From positions 2,604,001-2,668,000 of the forward strand of contig JAMWBK010000003.1 in NCBI GenBank assembly GCA_029953675.1: a DNA stretch of 64,000 bases, read 5' to 3'. Positions 46,198 to 58,127 of this stretch are shown piece after piece. The DNA comes from Rhodosorus marinus CCMP1338 (Eukaryota; Plantae; Rhodophyta). A program made the translations under genes and the position numbers. Positions within the stretch are counted from its first letter, which is position 1. Each line of letters opens with the position of its first letter. The notes under the pieces are model-generated. The model worked only from the letters and a program-made list of their open reading frames with translations, ran no database searches and had not been told where the DNA came from.

Positions 46198-46706
46198 TTA
46201 TTTATACGTATCGATGGCGGATTCTATGTCATCAGTTCGCGCGCCGGTGATGGTATGCACTCGCTCCTTCTCTTTCCAAAAATGGAAGGCCGGAACTGCT
46301 CTGATCGACTCGGTTTTCATCATCTCCTGTGTTTCCTCATCCTTGTCTCCCATCACCTTCAAAAACACCACATCGCTGTACTCCTCGCTCATCTGTTGGA
46401 ACTTCGGCTCGATCATTTTACAAGGCCCACACCAACTCGTAGAATAATCCACCACCACCTACAACACACCATAGTAATTCAGCCAAAGAAATCCAACCGG
46501 AGCATTGGCGAAACAGAGCAGTGGCAAGTACCCGGCCATCCCCAACTTACCAAAGATGATCCAGCCCCTTCCAAAACCTTATCCAATTCGGCTTTAGAAC
46601 CAATATCAGAAACCAACATTCGGACAACATTTTGCGTCTGAGCTGTACATACAGCTCCCGCCCTGCCAAGGGGCGTTCCCATGAACGAAGAAGCTATGAA
46701 TGCCAT
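46198..46706 (-). CDS. Plastid thioredoxin (f-type-like); intron 46459-46550
   Basis: MAFIASSF transit peptide; VVVDYSTSWCGPCK; IRAVPAFHFWK. Confidence 0.9.
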
Positions 46707-47572
46707 CGGAGCAAGAAGAAAAATGAGACAAGACAACGGCCTGCTTACACAACTGCATCAACACCCCCCCTCAATCCCCCTCCCCACAAACACGAAGACT
46801 GAGTCCAAGTGCTTTCTGTCTCAAGCTCTCAAAATCAACGCAAAATACAAAACGCGTTCTCCTAACAAGATAGTTTTAACTTCCAAACCTGACCTCCTTC
46901 CTCCCCTACGAACCCCTCAGCCATGGTAACCAAATGCTACCGTGGTGAGCTGCCTCTTGCCGCATTCGTTCTCAAGGCTAGGACTCAGCGAATCAGCCTC
47001 GCTACTCTACCCCTACGGAAAAACCGACAAACAAATCAATTCAATCTATGTATACCCCTCCGGATGCATTAGGCATTTGTAGATGCCTAATGCTGTCTAG
47101 TTTTTCTTAAATACACGATCAACAGCAAATTCTAACCCCTCCGAACAAGTTCTTCATTTTTCACAAAGTTGCATCCCTACAAATCACCCCCCCCCCATTC
47201 AGAACTGCTTAGTTTCATCCTCTTCATTCAATAGCTGAGGCCCGCTTCTCATGAATATATAATATTTTTATACTTTTTTAGACGGTAGAGCTCGAATGCC
47301 ATCAAAAGCCGGAGAAATCAAGTCCATTGCAAGGATCTCGTTGTGAACAGGGAGGCGTCCCTTCAATCCACACAGAACAAAATTATCCAATAAAATAGGA
47401 TAGTGTATTGTAAAAGATTGAATATCTATATTGATTGCTTTTCTCCAAGATATTTTTAGCGGTTTGGTTTGTTCTGTCGGTTCGCAACCCTTGATAATTT
47501 TTCGATTAAATGTTTATTTGCAAAGGATTCTTCTAGACTGAACTAAGGAGAGCGAGTTCATGTTAAGAGTTC

Positions 47573-47765
47573 TTATTGGCTTATAATTGTTTAGTTTAAT
47601 ATATAATTTAGAGGGCCTTTCTTGAGTGTGATAGTATTAGCCAATGAAGAAAGCTATTTAGTGGATACCTTTACCTCAAAGTTTGTGTTCAATGGTTGAT
47701 ATGCGAAAAGTTTAAGCTAATGATTGGCTTAGAAAGTAAGTAAAGAAAGCTAATAGCCAATGAAG
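47573..47765. promoter_or_regulatory. Cluster of four AGCCAAT (CCAAT-box) motifs in alternating orientation
   Basis: ATTGGCT at 47575 and 47723; AGCCAATGA with the CCAAT core at 47641 and 47757. Confidence 0.5.
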
Positions 47766-50700
47766 GAAAGTCTAGACGGTATTATAACTAAGTTTGCATC
47801 GGATCGGCATCGGACGGGAAGGGTTAAAAAATCTCGCGTCGGGGTCGTAAGGTCCCTGCGCACCGAATTCTTCCCAATGAGGTGGACTGCGTGCACTGCT
47901 TCGAGCTAAAACTTGTTTCATGGCTTTCCTGTCGGCGTTCTTTTTACTATAGTGTAGAAAGGAGGAAACTGCGCCTAGAATGTGCCCTTGATCGCGATTG
48001 GGTTGAGGGCAAAAAGCCTGTGCTTTTGGGGTTAAATCTGAACGACCGTGACGGGCGTGTTGGGAAAGAGAATGAGCCTCGCAAGTTTCTGGCAGCGCAC
48101 TGCACCCGAAAGCTCTGTGCAAGTTTTTGAATAAAAACTGGCTGTCGCCAGCGACTCGAGAGCTGAGATTGTGGGGCCTGGTTGTGGGGCTCTGCTTTAA
48201 CGGAAAACAACAGCTCTACACGCAACAAAAGCTAATTTTATCGTGTACTGCAGAAGATCCCATTGGAACTCATCTCTCGCCGTCTTTAACCGATGAGTTC
48301 GGGAATCTTTTGATCACGAACCTGGTGACGGTCTTTCCAACTTCGCCACAGGCGTCCGGCTGAGTACTTGCAGCTCAATCTCCCCCCCAGCATCTGTCCA
48401 AAGTGATTGAGTCCTTTGTGTCCATCGTACACAAGTTCCACACATCCTTTCATTGCATGCGAGATGTAATACTGCCATCATCAAAAGTGAGGCTGAACTG
48501 GGGTTCGGCAGAAAAAGTGTGTAACTGCAGTGTTCATGAACCTAGACGAGACCACGGACCACTTCAGAGAAACTACTACAAATACATGAGCCGTTGCATA
48601 CACAGTTTGGATAGGCATTTCCGGAGTTCAGGCAGCTGCGATACTCTTTTCACGAAGCTCAGCGGATGCAGGTTTCATTCCCTAGGTTGGCAGGGGCGGT
48701 TGACTTTTGACAATCCCCAGAACGCCCAGTAACTGGGCTGCGAAAGGAGCTATTTGGCGGGGGGAATTGGGCTTCCTCCTAGAAATGTTGTGGCTTGCCC
48801 CAGTTTGCGGTGTTATGGGCAGGGAAAGGTGATCACGGTGAGACGATTCGGATTCAAAGAAGGCCTCGATCTGGAAGCACTTGCGAGCAAAAACTTTTTC
48901 ATCATGAAGTTTTTTGGGGACGACCGCGATGTGCGCACAAGATGCGCTTCACGATTGCATGACCGAGATTGCCGTTCCTGACAGGCGAAATTCAGTACCA
49001 GAGCGTGAGAGAATTTTTTGTTGAAGGATCTTCCTGGCAAGTAGCTCACTTTCTCTAGCAAGATGCAAGCATGCAGCCCAGGTTCTCCGCTCGAATCTCA
49101 TAGATTCCGTAGTGGTGGTACTCAACCGCACCTCGATGATTATGAACAGCGATCGTGTGCAAAAAGGATACATCGTCTGTCGAGTCAAATCTTGTGGATG
49201 GCTGCGTGCAACCAAAAAATGCCGCATCCCCGCGTAGACCCGGATCGCCGTCTCAATTCAAGAATATCAAACCAAAAAAACAACAGAAAACTGACAAACC
49301 GATATCAACACGCATGGGGCTAGTCGCCATCGAATGAAGTCTCCAGAACCCATTCAAACGCTTTCCAAATGCAAAGAGCTCCTAACGCGTTTCCATCAAA
49401 ACGGATATGTAATACCCGTTTCCCCAAAAATCCAATGAATCCTTTCTTTCTCTAACAAGAGCTTTTCATGCAAATCCAATGTCACAAATGTGTCACCTCA
49501 CCACCAACATTACCAGAGTCAAAAAGCCTCCCCCTCAGGAACAAAACCTATTCCCAATACCAACCAGGAACCCCAAAGAAACCAAGGACCCCTTCCCTCC
49601 CTTTCCCCCCCCCAAAAAATATATATATCTCCGGAAAATCACAGAAAATAATGCCATAATTCATGCAAACCCCATTTCACAAAATAATCTCCCCACCCTA
49701 TTCTATCATCAGAGCCAAAAAGCCTCCGCTTAACAAACAAATGAGCCCAATCTACCAAAACCACTTGAAAACCATCAAAAAACGAATCTCTGGAAAAACT
49801 TCAAAATATCCATAAAAATCCTAACTCGTTTGTCATATCTTAAGTGGTTCTATCCCCAGCACTTCTTTTTTGCGGAAAAACAGTTACTCATATTCCTCCA
49901 ACAAGACACGGAACGGCGGCAATTTTAAAAATAGAAACCACTCTTAAATTTTATTTAATACACATCAGTGTTGGAAAAGAAATGCAGTAAGCTTGGCAGG
50001 ATTTGGTTTCATGGGAGTTACTTTTTAGTTATATTTTAAAATCAGGAAGGAATTTGTGTCTAATTTTATTTTCAATTCAATCCTAGAGTTGTTGGTTGTA
50101 TTTTTATCACTGAGGTGTTTTAATTGGAGACAAAAGAAATTGATTTTTTTGTTTTGTTTTAATGTTTTTGTTTTGTAATGGAGAAGTAAATGAGGGTTTT
50201 CAGGTGCATGGGAAGTGGGGAGCGAGGGATGGTGTTTAGGTTTCTTGGCTACCGGACAAAAAGGGGGTGTACCGTTTGGGGCGGCATATCAGTCCCGTGA
50301 TAGATCGTCAGGCCTTGGATGCGTTTAATCGTATTGCAGGAGGGTTGGGGTAAAAAGCCCTTTTTGGCTCATTGGGTACATATGGGTATGGTATACGGCC
50401 GTGTGGCAAAAGAGTGAAACTTATGAGTACATTGAGTGCTGTTGAGTTGTGCTTTCTAATTTTGAGCCCGTATGGTCCGGGGGGAGGTGGTAAGAGGGAT
50501 GGCATTTGGACTTATTCTTTCAGAATTTAGTCTTTTTGACTTGGGCGCATGTCTTGCACGGCACATCATGCGTTGCGGTTCGAGCTGAGATTCACGCCTT
50601 CGAAGTCGTTGCTTGATGAATTGGACGTGGTTTGCGAGAGTATTTCAACCCGACCTTCCGCACTCAAGGTCTGTTAGGGTGATGTTTCAGGTATCACAGC

Positions 50701-50797
50701 AACGTAGAACTTGAACTGACTCCTGGGAAGAGAAACAAATAGCGGAGAGAAGAAACCGAACTAGCAGAAACCGAACTAGAAGAAACCTTGCAAGAAG

Positions 50798-51118
50798 ATG
50801 GTGAGTCCAACATTTTACCAGAGGTGGGCAAAGGTTGACCCCATCCCGTTGATAGGGATGGTATCGGCAGTTTTAGGAATAGCAGGCTATTCTTTGGGAC
50901 ACAAAGCGTGGTATGATCCAGCCTGGCAATTCAACAGATCGAGGAGAACCGGCGGCATCGATGCCCAGTACGCAAAGCCGGAAGATTATGAGGATCAAAT
51001 AGGCGCTATGCAAATGTATAGATATAAGTCGACATCCATATTTGACCACTCGGATCTGGCTAATCCAATGACGAGATACAAGGATGTCGATCTCGCCCAT
51101 GGAGTCGGAGCGTGGTGA
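50798..51118 (+). CDS. B12D / NDUFA4(MLRQ)-like small mitochondrial membrane protein
   Basis: RWAKVDPIPLIGMVSAVLGIAGYSL single TM followed by DPAWQFNRSRRTGG, resembling the B12D pattern. Confidence 0.7.
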   Translation: MVSPTFYQRWAKVDPIPLIGMVSAVLGIAGYSLGHKAWYDPAWQFNRSRRTGGIDAQYAKPEDYEDQIGAMQMYRYKSTSIFDHSDLANPMTRYKDVDLAHGVGAW

Positions 51119-51687
51119 AGTGACGTAGTCTGACTTGAGATATATTATTGAACAATAAAGCACTGTCTATTGAAAGCAATTAATTCTGTGTGAGGGAACA
51201 CACATACTAAGCAGAAGCCAAGGCCTCCTCCCGTTGATTCCAAGGAGTATCTGATGTCGTAGGGAGTCAGGAGGGTCTGACCAACAAGACTGAAGAGTAG
51301 GATTGGAGGCGAAATCCGACGTGGTCCGACCACGTTTCGTCAAAGCAGCCTGCTTGGACACAGTAAAAATCGATAGCAAACCACCACCGATATTGGAGAC
51401 ATGCTTAGCTACCTCTCCAACAAAGCTGAAATCGACTCAACAAGCCAGGAGCACCGAATTGAGTCTTGCAGAGGTTGTCCGAAAGCTCGACCAGTGCAAA
51501 AACATCACACTTTACGTCGGGATCCCCTACCACCCTTTGGAAACGACTTAAAACTAGCGGGTCAAGACAATCGCTGCTTCAGCGGCGCAAGACTTTCCCG
51601 ACAGGGAACCGGTGGTATTCGGCATATGCTGTCGCTCGTTCTCCAAGCCAAAAAAAAGGGGAACGAACAAATCCATCAAGGGATCAG

Positions 51688-51921
51688 TCATTACTACAAA
51701 CAAAATCAGTCAAGCTCTCAGCGTTCGAAAACTACAATCATTATTACAAAACAAAATCAGTCAAATTCTCGGGGTTCGTAAACTATAGTACAGATACTCA
51801 TCAGGAACTAAAACCCCTCCATCTGAGTGTTTTCGGCACATATTTGTACTATATAGTACGAATCATCCGCGGAAACTTACGAGGAATTGAGAACCCCTCC
51901 ATCTAAGTGTTTTCGGTGACA
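51688..51921. repeat. 50-bp tandem duplication (51688, 51738), direct repeat of about 28 bp (51812, 51892) and 14-bp palindrome GTACTATATAGTAC (51846-51859)
   Basis: Direct inspection of the sequence. Confidence 0.8.
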
Positions 51922-52233
51922 GTTAATTCCATTAAATAACCGTTAGACGAAAAAGAAATACTTTAGAACATTTTCTAAGGGGGGGCAAATACTCTGAAAT
52001 GTATTGGGAATGACAAGCGGGGCGCCGTCGGCGTTGAGGTTGAAAAAGGGAATATTTTGGGAGGTTGTTGTCGATGTCACCGATTCTGAGGTTTTTTGGA
52101 GGACGTGTATTTTTCGTGACGGAGGGCGATGTGCGGGAAGCGGGCGGGTCGGGAGGTATTGGGTAAGCCATGAGTGTGTAGGAAGGTATTGTTTATAGTA
52201 GGAGGTTACCCAACTGAGTGGAACGAAGCAATC

Positions 52234-52961
52234 ATGGTAAGCTCATCATCCGTAGAAGAATGTTTACTTTTTTCTGGGTCGGGAGAGAGTGTTATTGTTT
52301 TGTTTCGTCCCCTATGAGGGAGTTGGCTGGTGATGGGGAAGGTGGAGGGTTGTGTAGCACAATCTCACGGTTGTTTTTGGATATTTCTGCATGGATTAGG
52401 GTCGAGTAAGGACAAAGACTGTGAAGAAGAACTCTCGTGTGATTATTGAAAAGTATTATTCGAAGCTGACTCTCGATTTCCAGACGAACAAGAGGGTTTG
52501 CGACGAGGTCGCGATCATACCTTCGAAGAGGCTCAGGAACAAGATCGCGGGATTTATCACGGTAGGTTTTTGTCTAGAGTTTTATGAAGTGAGGATGATG
52601 AATGGTCGATCTAGTACTATCAACCGAGGGATAATTGGAATTGGTGTAGCCGTCTTGACTTTTGATGTATGAGGTCTTTTGGTGGAGTGCTAACAAACTT
52701 TTGCTTTGGCTTTGATACTCTTAGCATTTGATGGCGCGAATTCAGAAGGGACCTGTTAGAGGCATCTCTTTGAAATTGCAGGAAGAGGAGAGAGAGAGGC
52801 GCATGGACTTTGTGCCAGAAGTGTCCTACTTCGAGGGCAAGATGGCCGTTATTGACCCTGACACTAAGGCTATGCTGGACAAGATGAGCCTGAGGCTTAG
52901 CCCAAATGTTACTGTTCAGTCGTCTAGTGATTATGGGAGACAACGTTATGACCGTCGATAA
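52234..52961 (+). CDS. RPS17: 40S ribosomal protein S17 (eS17); introns 52237-52399 and 52562-52724
   Basis: M|[29 protein letters not shown]|[26 protein letters not shown]. Confidence 0.98.
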
Positions 52962-53847
52962 ATTGTTATCATTGTGATTTTAAGTTTATGCCAAACCAAT
53001 GCGGAGCCACTATCAAGTAGTCGTCGAGTGAATCGCCCGATTCGCCTAAGTAAATTTTTCCAAGCGATACGTACACCTAGCCCGCGGAAGCCATGAGAAA
53101 TTTCCGGGCTACCGGTCGCCGGAAACGATTCGGTGAAATGCTCATGCTTTGGAGTGGGTGGCTTGAGCGAATGTCTCGCATCTGCCGTTTCGAATCATAT
53201 GAGTTTCGTCGAGGCACGCCTCGTCCCCTCCAAGCATGTTCTGAAAACAGTCTGGAAAGGCCCATTGGGGGCTTTTCCAAGCGTCTGCTGAGTCATACCC
53301 TTTCTGCACAGCTCAAGTGAATCAGTACTCGAAGGTCAGAGCGAGACGGGGTTGCTCGAGGAACGCCAGAATACTAACGACAAAGATCCAGGATATGCAT
53401 AGCCCACCATACAGATCTTCAAACCATACTCCGACAACTCTAAATCAGACTCTCAGCTTTCAAGTGTCGAAAGCTTCCCAAACTGCTTCAATCACTCCCC
53501 TTCTATGGACAGTCATTATTAACATTGAAAACAAGAAATTAAAATGCTTTTTGGAAGTATGTAATCTATTTTATTTATCCATACAATATTTTTCCATCCA
53601 TCAAAATAATGAAATATGTAAACTTATAGATTTGCCAAGCAACAATACATTATTTATTTCTATTATTCACGAGGGAATATATTAAATAAATAAATAAATT
53701 AGATATAAAACTGCGCTATATGTAGTTTTGTAAAATGTTCGTTTGCAGGGTTTGGCTTTTTTGATTTTATTTTGGGAGGGAGCTGAAGGTGGAGGACGAG
53801 TTGAGGATCTGGATAGGTTGCATGGAGAGGAGTGGGGAAGACGTGTT

Positions 53848-54543
53848 ATGAAGGGTTGTGGAGATGCTAACAAAGGGGAAAGGAAAAGCATGGAGAATCC
53901 AATAGAAAAGCAGGAGATACAAGGGAGCAAGAAACCTCAGGAGAAGAATAATAACCCAGAGAGAGTTGAAGTCCCCGGGAATGAGGAGGCTGATGATCAG
54001 GGAGGCGGAGGGGTTGTTGTGACCGATGGAGATGGGAGCCAATCTTCAAAGGCTGCTCGTCAATTTTATACGGAGCGTAAGTATCCTCACCATGGATACA
54101 ATGGACTTCATGAAACCTATGAACTTACTCAAGCCGAGGTTTTATGTATGATTTACCACTTTGCAGTTCGAATGATGATGTATGGGTTCGGTGACGTTCA
54201 CTCTCCCCTGCCGCAATCAATCGATCTAATGGAGGATCTCGTTATTCAATATATATGCAATCTGGTTCAAAGAGTACGATGCTTTTCCCCCCTCATCGTC
54301 AACGATGTCAGACTGACGAGAGCGACGCAGATCCTGAAACAGCCTTTGTTTTTTCCGTTCTTGCCGTCTGTTCAGAGCAACGAAGTCGCAAGCAATAGGA
54401 GAAGAGACCGCCCCGTAGCAAATGATGTCAAGTTTGTGATTCGAAAGGACACGAAGAAGCTTCACCGAGTGCAGTATCTTTTGGAGCTGAAGGTTCAGAT
54501 CGACAAGGTCAAGAGTCTCGGTCTTCAGGGTGACGGTAAATAA
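53848..54543 (+). CDS. TAF13: TFIID subunit TAF13; introns 54077-54166 and 54274-54375; start codon uncertain
   Basis: The spliced product FYTELRMMMYGFGD...DLMEDLVIQYI...VKFVIRKDTKKLHRVQYLL matches the TAF13 histone fold. Confidence 0.9.
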   Translation: MKGCGDANKGERKSMENPIEKQEIQGSKKPQEKNNNPERVEVPGNEEADDQGGGGVVVTDGDGSQSSKAARQFYTERKYPHHGYNGLHETYELTQAEVLCMIYHFAVRMMMYGFGDVHSPLPQSIDLMEDLVIQYICNLVQRVRCFSPLIVNDVRLTRATQILKQPLFFPFLPSVQSNEVASNRRRDRPVANDVKFVIRKDTKKLHRVQYLLELKVQIDKVKSLGLQGDGK

Positions 54544-55148
54544 GGCCGGTCGCCATTCGCTTCTTCCAGGCGCGCGGTTGAGACTGCAACTATTCAAGGA
54601 TTGGAAGTTCCTTGTCCTGCTGGGGAGTCTCTTCGTTACCCTGGCGGCTAATGCTTGAGGTGAACGATGCAGGTTTCTGGACAGTTGAATAAATTTGTCA
54701 GTGGTCGGTGTAGCCCTTTGGGCATGTTCTAAAAGGCAACTGGCATTTGGTCCCAGCAGCGTTTTGTGTCGCGGATGGTTTGAGCGATGCTATGGCGAGG
54801 TTGATGTTCGCCAAGCTTGAGAGACATGTATTCAAAAGCTTAATCCTTCTTATTCTGGCATGTAATATAAATGAAACGTTGAACCTTTTTGTTCTTATCC
54901 ACAGCTTTTCCGCTCCAAATCCATGAGTTCCGTCCTCTGCAAAATCGTCTCGTCAGGCAGTTTTTCCTTTTGCAATGTGGGTTTCATAAAGTAGATGTAG
55001 TTGACCAACCGCCTTAGCCACTTCTTGTACATATCGACTGCCGAACTTCTTGAGAAGCATTGTTGAGGCTACTCTCTTTTCCTACAACGCTCTTCATTCT
55101 TCGGAGAGGAAGCCGGTCACTTTTTCGGATTTTTCTTCTACTCTTATA

Positions 55149-55860
55149 CTATTGAAGTGTACAACAGCCGCTCTTCTTCTTTCTCCTCTCTTTTTGAACT
55201 TCGTTCACGCTCGATGACGGTTTTAGCGAAACGTGAACAGTTGTAGAATTGGAAGAGCCAGTTCCGAACGAGCATTCTGCGGGGTAAGAAGATTGTGAGA
55301 CAGGCTGGGAGTCAGAAAAGGCCTTGTGTATTCAGAATGCAATCGAGGTGTACACCAGTGAGGTACGCCGGCGATTGGACGTCGACGCATGTCGATGGAG
55401 GTAGTACGGAAAGCAAGCAGGAACCAAGTTCGCCCTTGACGGATCTAGCTGAACGCGGTCGTTCATTATTCAGCCGAAGCTTACCCTCGAGAGTCTTGTA
55501 ATCCTCTAAAAACTTCCCCAAATACAAAATACGAATGTCGTCTATTTTTTCAAGAGCCGGGCTGTGCGTCTTCTCCGCCAAGTCGACTAGTTCTGAAATG
55601 TTCCGAGCAACGAGTGTAAACAAAAAGTATTCAGTCTTTCAACGTTTTTTTCACCGGTTCAGCGACTCCGCACGAAAAAAAGCCTTCTTTAAAAGTCTGG
55701 ACTTACCTTGCGGCTTCGATTTAATGATGGAATTTTTCACGCCTCTTATAGAAGTTCTCGATGGAAATTCCATTCGAAAATCGTTCCCATTGACCAGAAG
55801 GAACCGTAAAAAGCATTCGCTCCCATCATCCGCACTCTGAGCGACAAGCAGGGCATCCAC
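55149..55860 (-). CDS. Membrane-anchored ubiquitin-fold protein (MUB/UBL3-like), 3 exons, C-terminal CaaX
   Basis: LRFLLVNG..EF, IRILYLGKFLED..TL, TTVHVSLKP, polybasic RRKKK followed by GCCTLQ-stop. Confidence 0.85.
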
Positions 55861-56244
55861 AAATTAGAACATTATCCTCAACAAGCAACTACGGAATGGA
55901 CCGAAAACGGGGCCTCCTCTGCCCACAAGCTGGGCAGGTTGACACTTCCCGCTTCCTGGACAGAAAAGGAGGACTTTGGCTCTCAAAACTCACCTCGACA
56001 GCAGCCGGATCCGTCGTTCCAACTTCTGCTGCCGTCGCACTCATATCTTACCCCAACCAACCAAACCTTCTCAACTCAACTTTCACAAAAAGTCCAAAAT
56101 AACCCCCCTCCCCTCCCAAAACAGTTCAAACAAAACGACCTCAAGAAACCACCTCTTCCACTAGATCGGAAACGAGAAGCCTCGGCGGGACTCAACGCCC
56201 CTGGTCACTCAACCCAAACCCAAGCCATACACATCCCCCATCAC

Positions 56245-56280
56245 ATCACCACCACCACCACCACCACCACCACCACCCAA
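56245..56280. repeat. (CAC)n microsatellite inside a C-rich upstream tract
   Basis: About 10 CAC/ACC units. Confidence 0.9.
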
Positions 56281-58127
56281 CCCGCCCCTTCTTCCCCTCC
56301 CGTCAAATACCCTGTATCAAATTACCGCTTCGACAAAACCCAACCAATATCCCCACCCCTTTTTCCCCCTCCTCCAACACAACCACCCCACCGCCTCCTC
56401 TTCCTCCTCCTCCTCCCCACCTCCTCATCCCCCCCCACCCCCCCAACTCTCTTTCCAAAAACATCCCAATTCAAAACACCCAACGCCCCACACCCCCTCC
56501 CAAAAGGAAATTCCCAACCCACTTTTATTTCCCTCTCCCACACCCTAAAGAAACCAAAATTCTTTTCAGAATATCTCTTTTCCTTTCATTTAAAAAACCA
56601 CTATCCTAACGGTTATACCAAAAAATTACGCCTTTTTGGTTATCCAACTTAGGCTAAGAAAACTAACCAACCCCCCCCCCTTCTCAGACTCCGTACAAAG
56701 AAATGGCAAACCTACGCCCCAACCCCCCCCAGCAATAGACATACCGTGAAAAATATATCTATATCAGCTCTGCCGCTTCTGTTTAGTATAAATAATAATA
56801 ATACGTGTTGGTTATTATTAGTATTAAACATGAAACTGGCGTGGGTCCTTCGATCAAGTCTGATGGGGTAGTAAATGTCTAATTAACGAACTTTGAGAGG
56901 GTATTGCTATGGTAGCCGAGTTTTTATCCTTTTTGCTCACCCCGCCTGCTCACTCACTATTCCGCTTTTAGAGGTTGCTCAATGAAATCGGAGAAATTTG
57001 AGGGATTGGGTTGGACAAGCTAAGGAATGGGCGAGGGGGGGGGGGAAGGACCGTTTTGTCAATTGTTTACGTGTTTTGGATACTTCTTCATGCTATGATT
57101 TATGTAGGCTGAGAGGGTAGGGGATGACAAACCACCGCCAATTCTAATAGCTAGGAATAATGGGGTAGATGTTTTGTCTGATGTAGAACTTAATGGTTTA
57201 TTAGTTTTAGTTATTTCAGAAAGATAATATTGGCGACAGATTGGTAGAGGGGGTGGGGTGTTCCGGGAAGAAGAGTCGGACCGGCTTTGGAGAAGGAGGG
57301 GGTGCGGTGGAGTGTTTGATGTACGGACGTTTTTATTTCTGAAAATATGGATGAAATTGCCATTAATAATATATGTTTTTGGAGGTATTCGTTGGAGGTT
57401 GTTCGTGCTTAGAAGAAGCCTATAACAACGTTATCTGAGCAGAATTCCTTTGGATTTTTGTCTTGTATTCGTTAATTATTGAGAGTAGTTATAGGAAATT
57501 ATAGAGATATGCCCTTGATGGGTTTGCGTGCGACGGAGAGCAGACCTTGAAAGCTACCGATTCCTGTCCAATATGGTGTCACCAGTGATACCATAAACGC
57601 TACAGAAAAGGCGAGAGGTTTCTGATAGATAATCGGATTCCTTACATCGCGAATGCGCTGGTTGCGCTGTTCATTAGATTCTAGTCTGAGCGGGATTTTC
57701 CCGGACGAGACAGCGTTCAACGCGACGAATTCTCACAATCGATGTCTTCGGATAGACTCATCCTGACGAACTTCTAGCTTGCTCCATTTCAAACCCCGCC
57801 GCGTTTTGCTCTTACTCGGCCATTGGAAAGCAACTGCTGATCATCTGTTCAAATGAGCAAGATTAGGGTGATTCTAACACAAGACCAGATGTTGAGCAAT
57901 CGGTGCACGCTTTTCTTCAACGCTGCTCAGATTCGCAAAATGGCTCGCTCCCCAAAACAGTTTTCCCCTCTCTATTCCTTCTTTATTTGATCCCCGCGAT
58001 CGATAGATCTATTAGGTCTGATAGGAAGAAGTTCTGCTTTCTGGAGAGCGGGTAAACCTAAGTTCGGCTGATTGAGGTCGTGGTTGGAAAGAGGATCGGG
58101 ACCTAGCTCCTTTCGAGAGTGCTCGAC

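Noticed and set aside
48400-48750. VFMNLDET resembling a pogo/Tigger DDE motif
   Set aside because: Interrupted by stops; no second or third catalytic motif and no TIRs found.
53077-53320. Structured ncRNA candidate (hairpin GGAAAGGCCC-ATTG-GGGGCTTTTCC)
   Set aside because: No RNase P/MRP, SRP, U-snRNA or snoRNA consensus boxes; one hairpin is insufficient.
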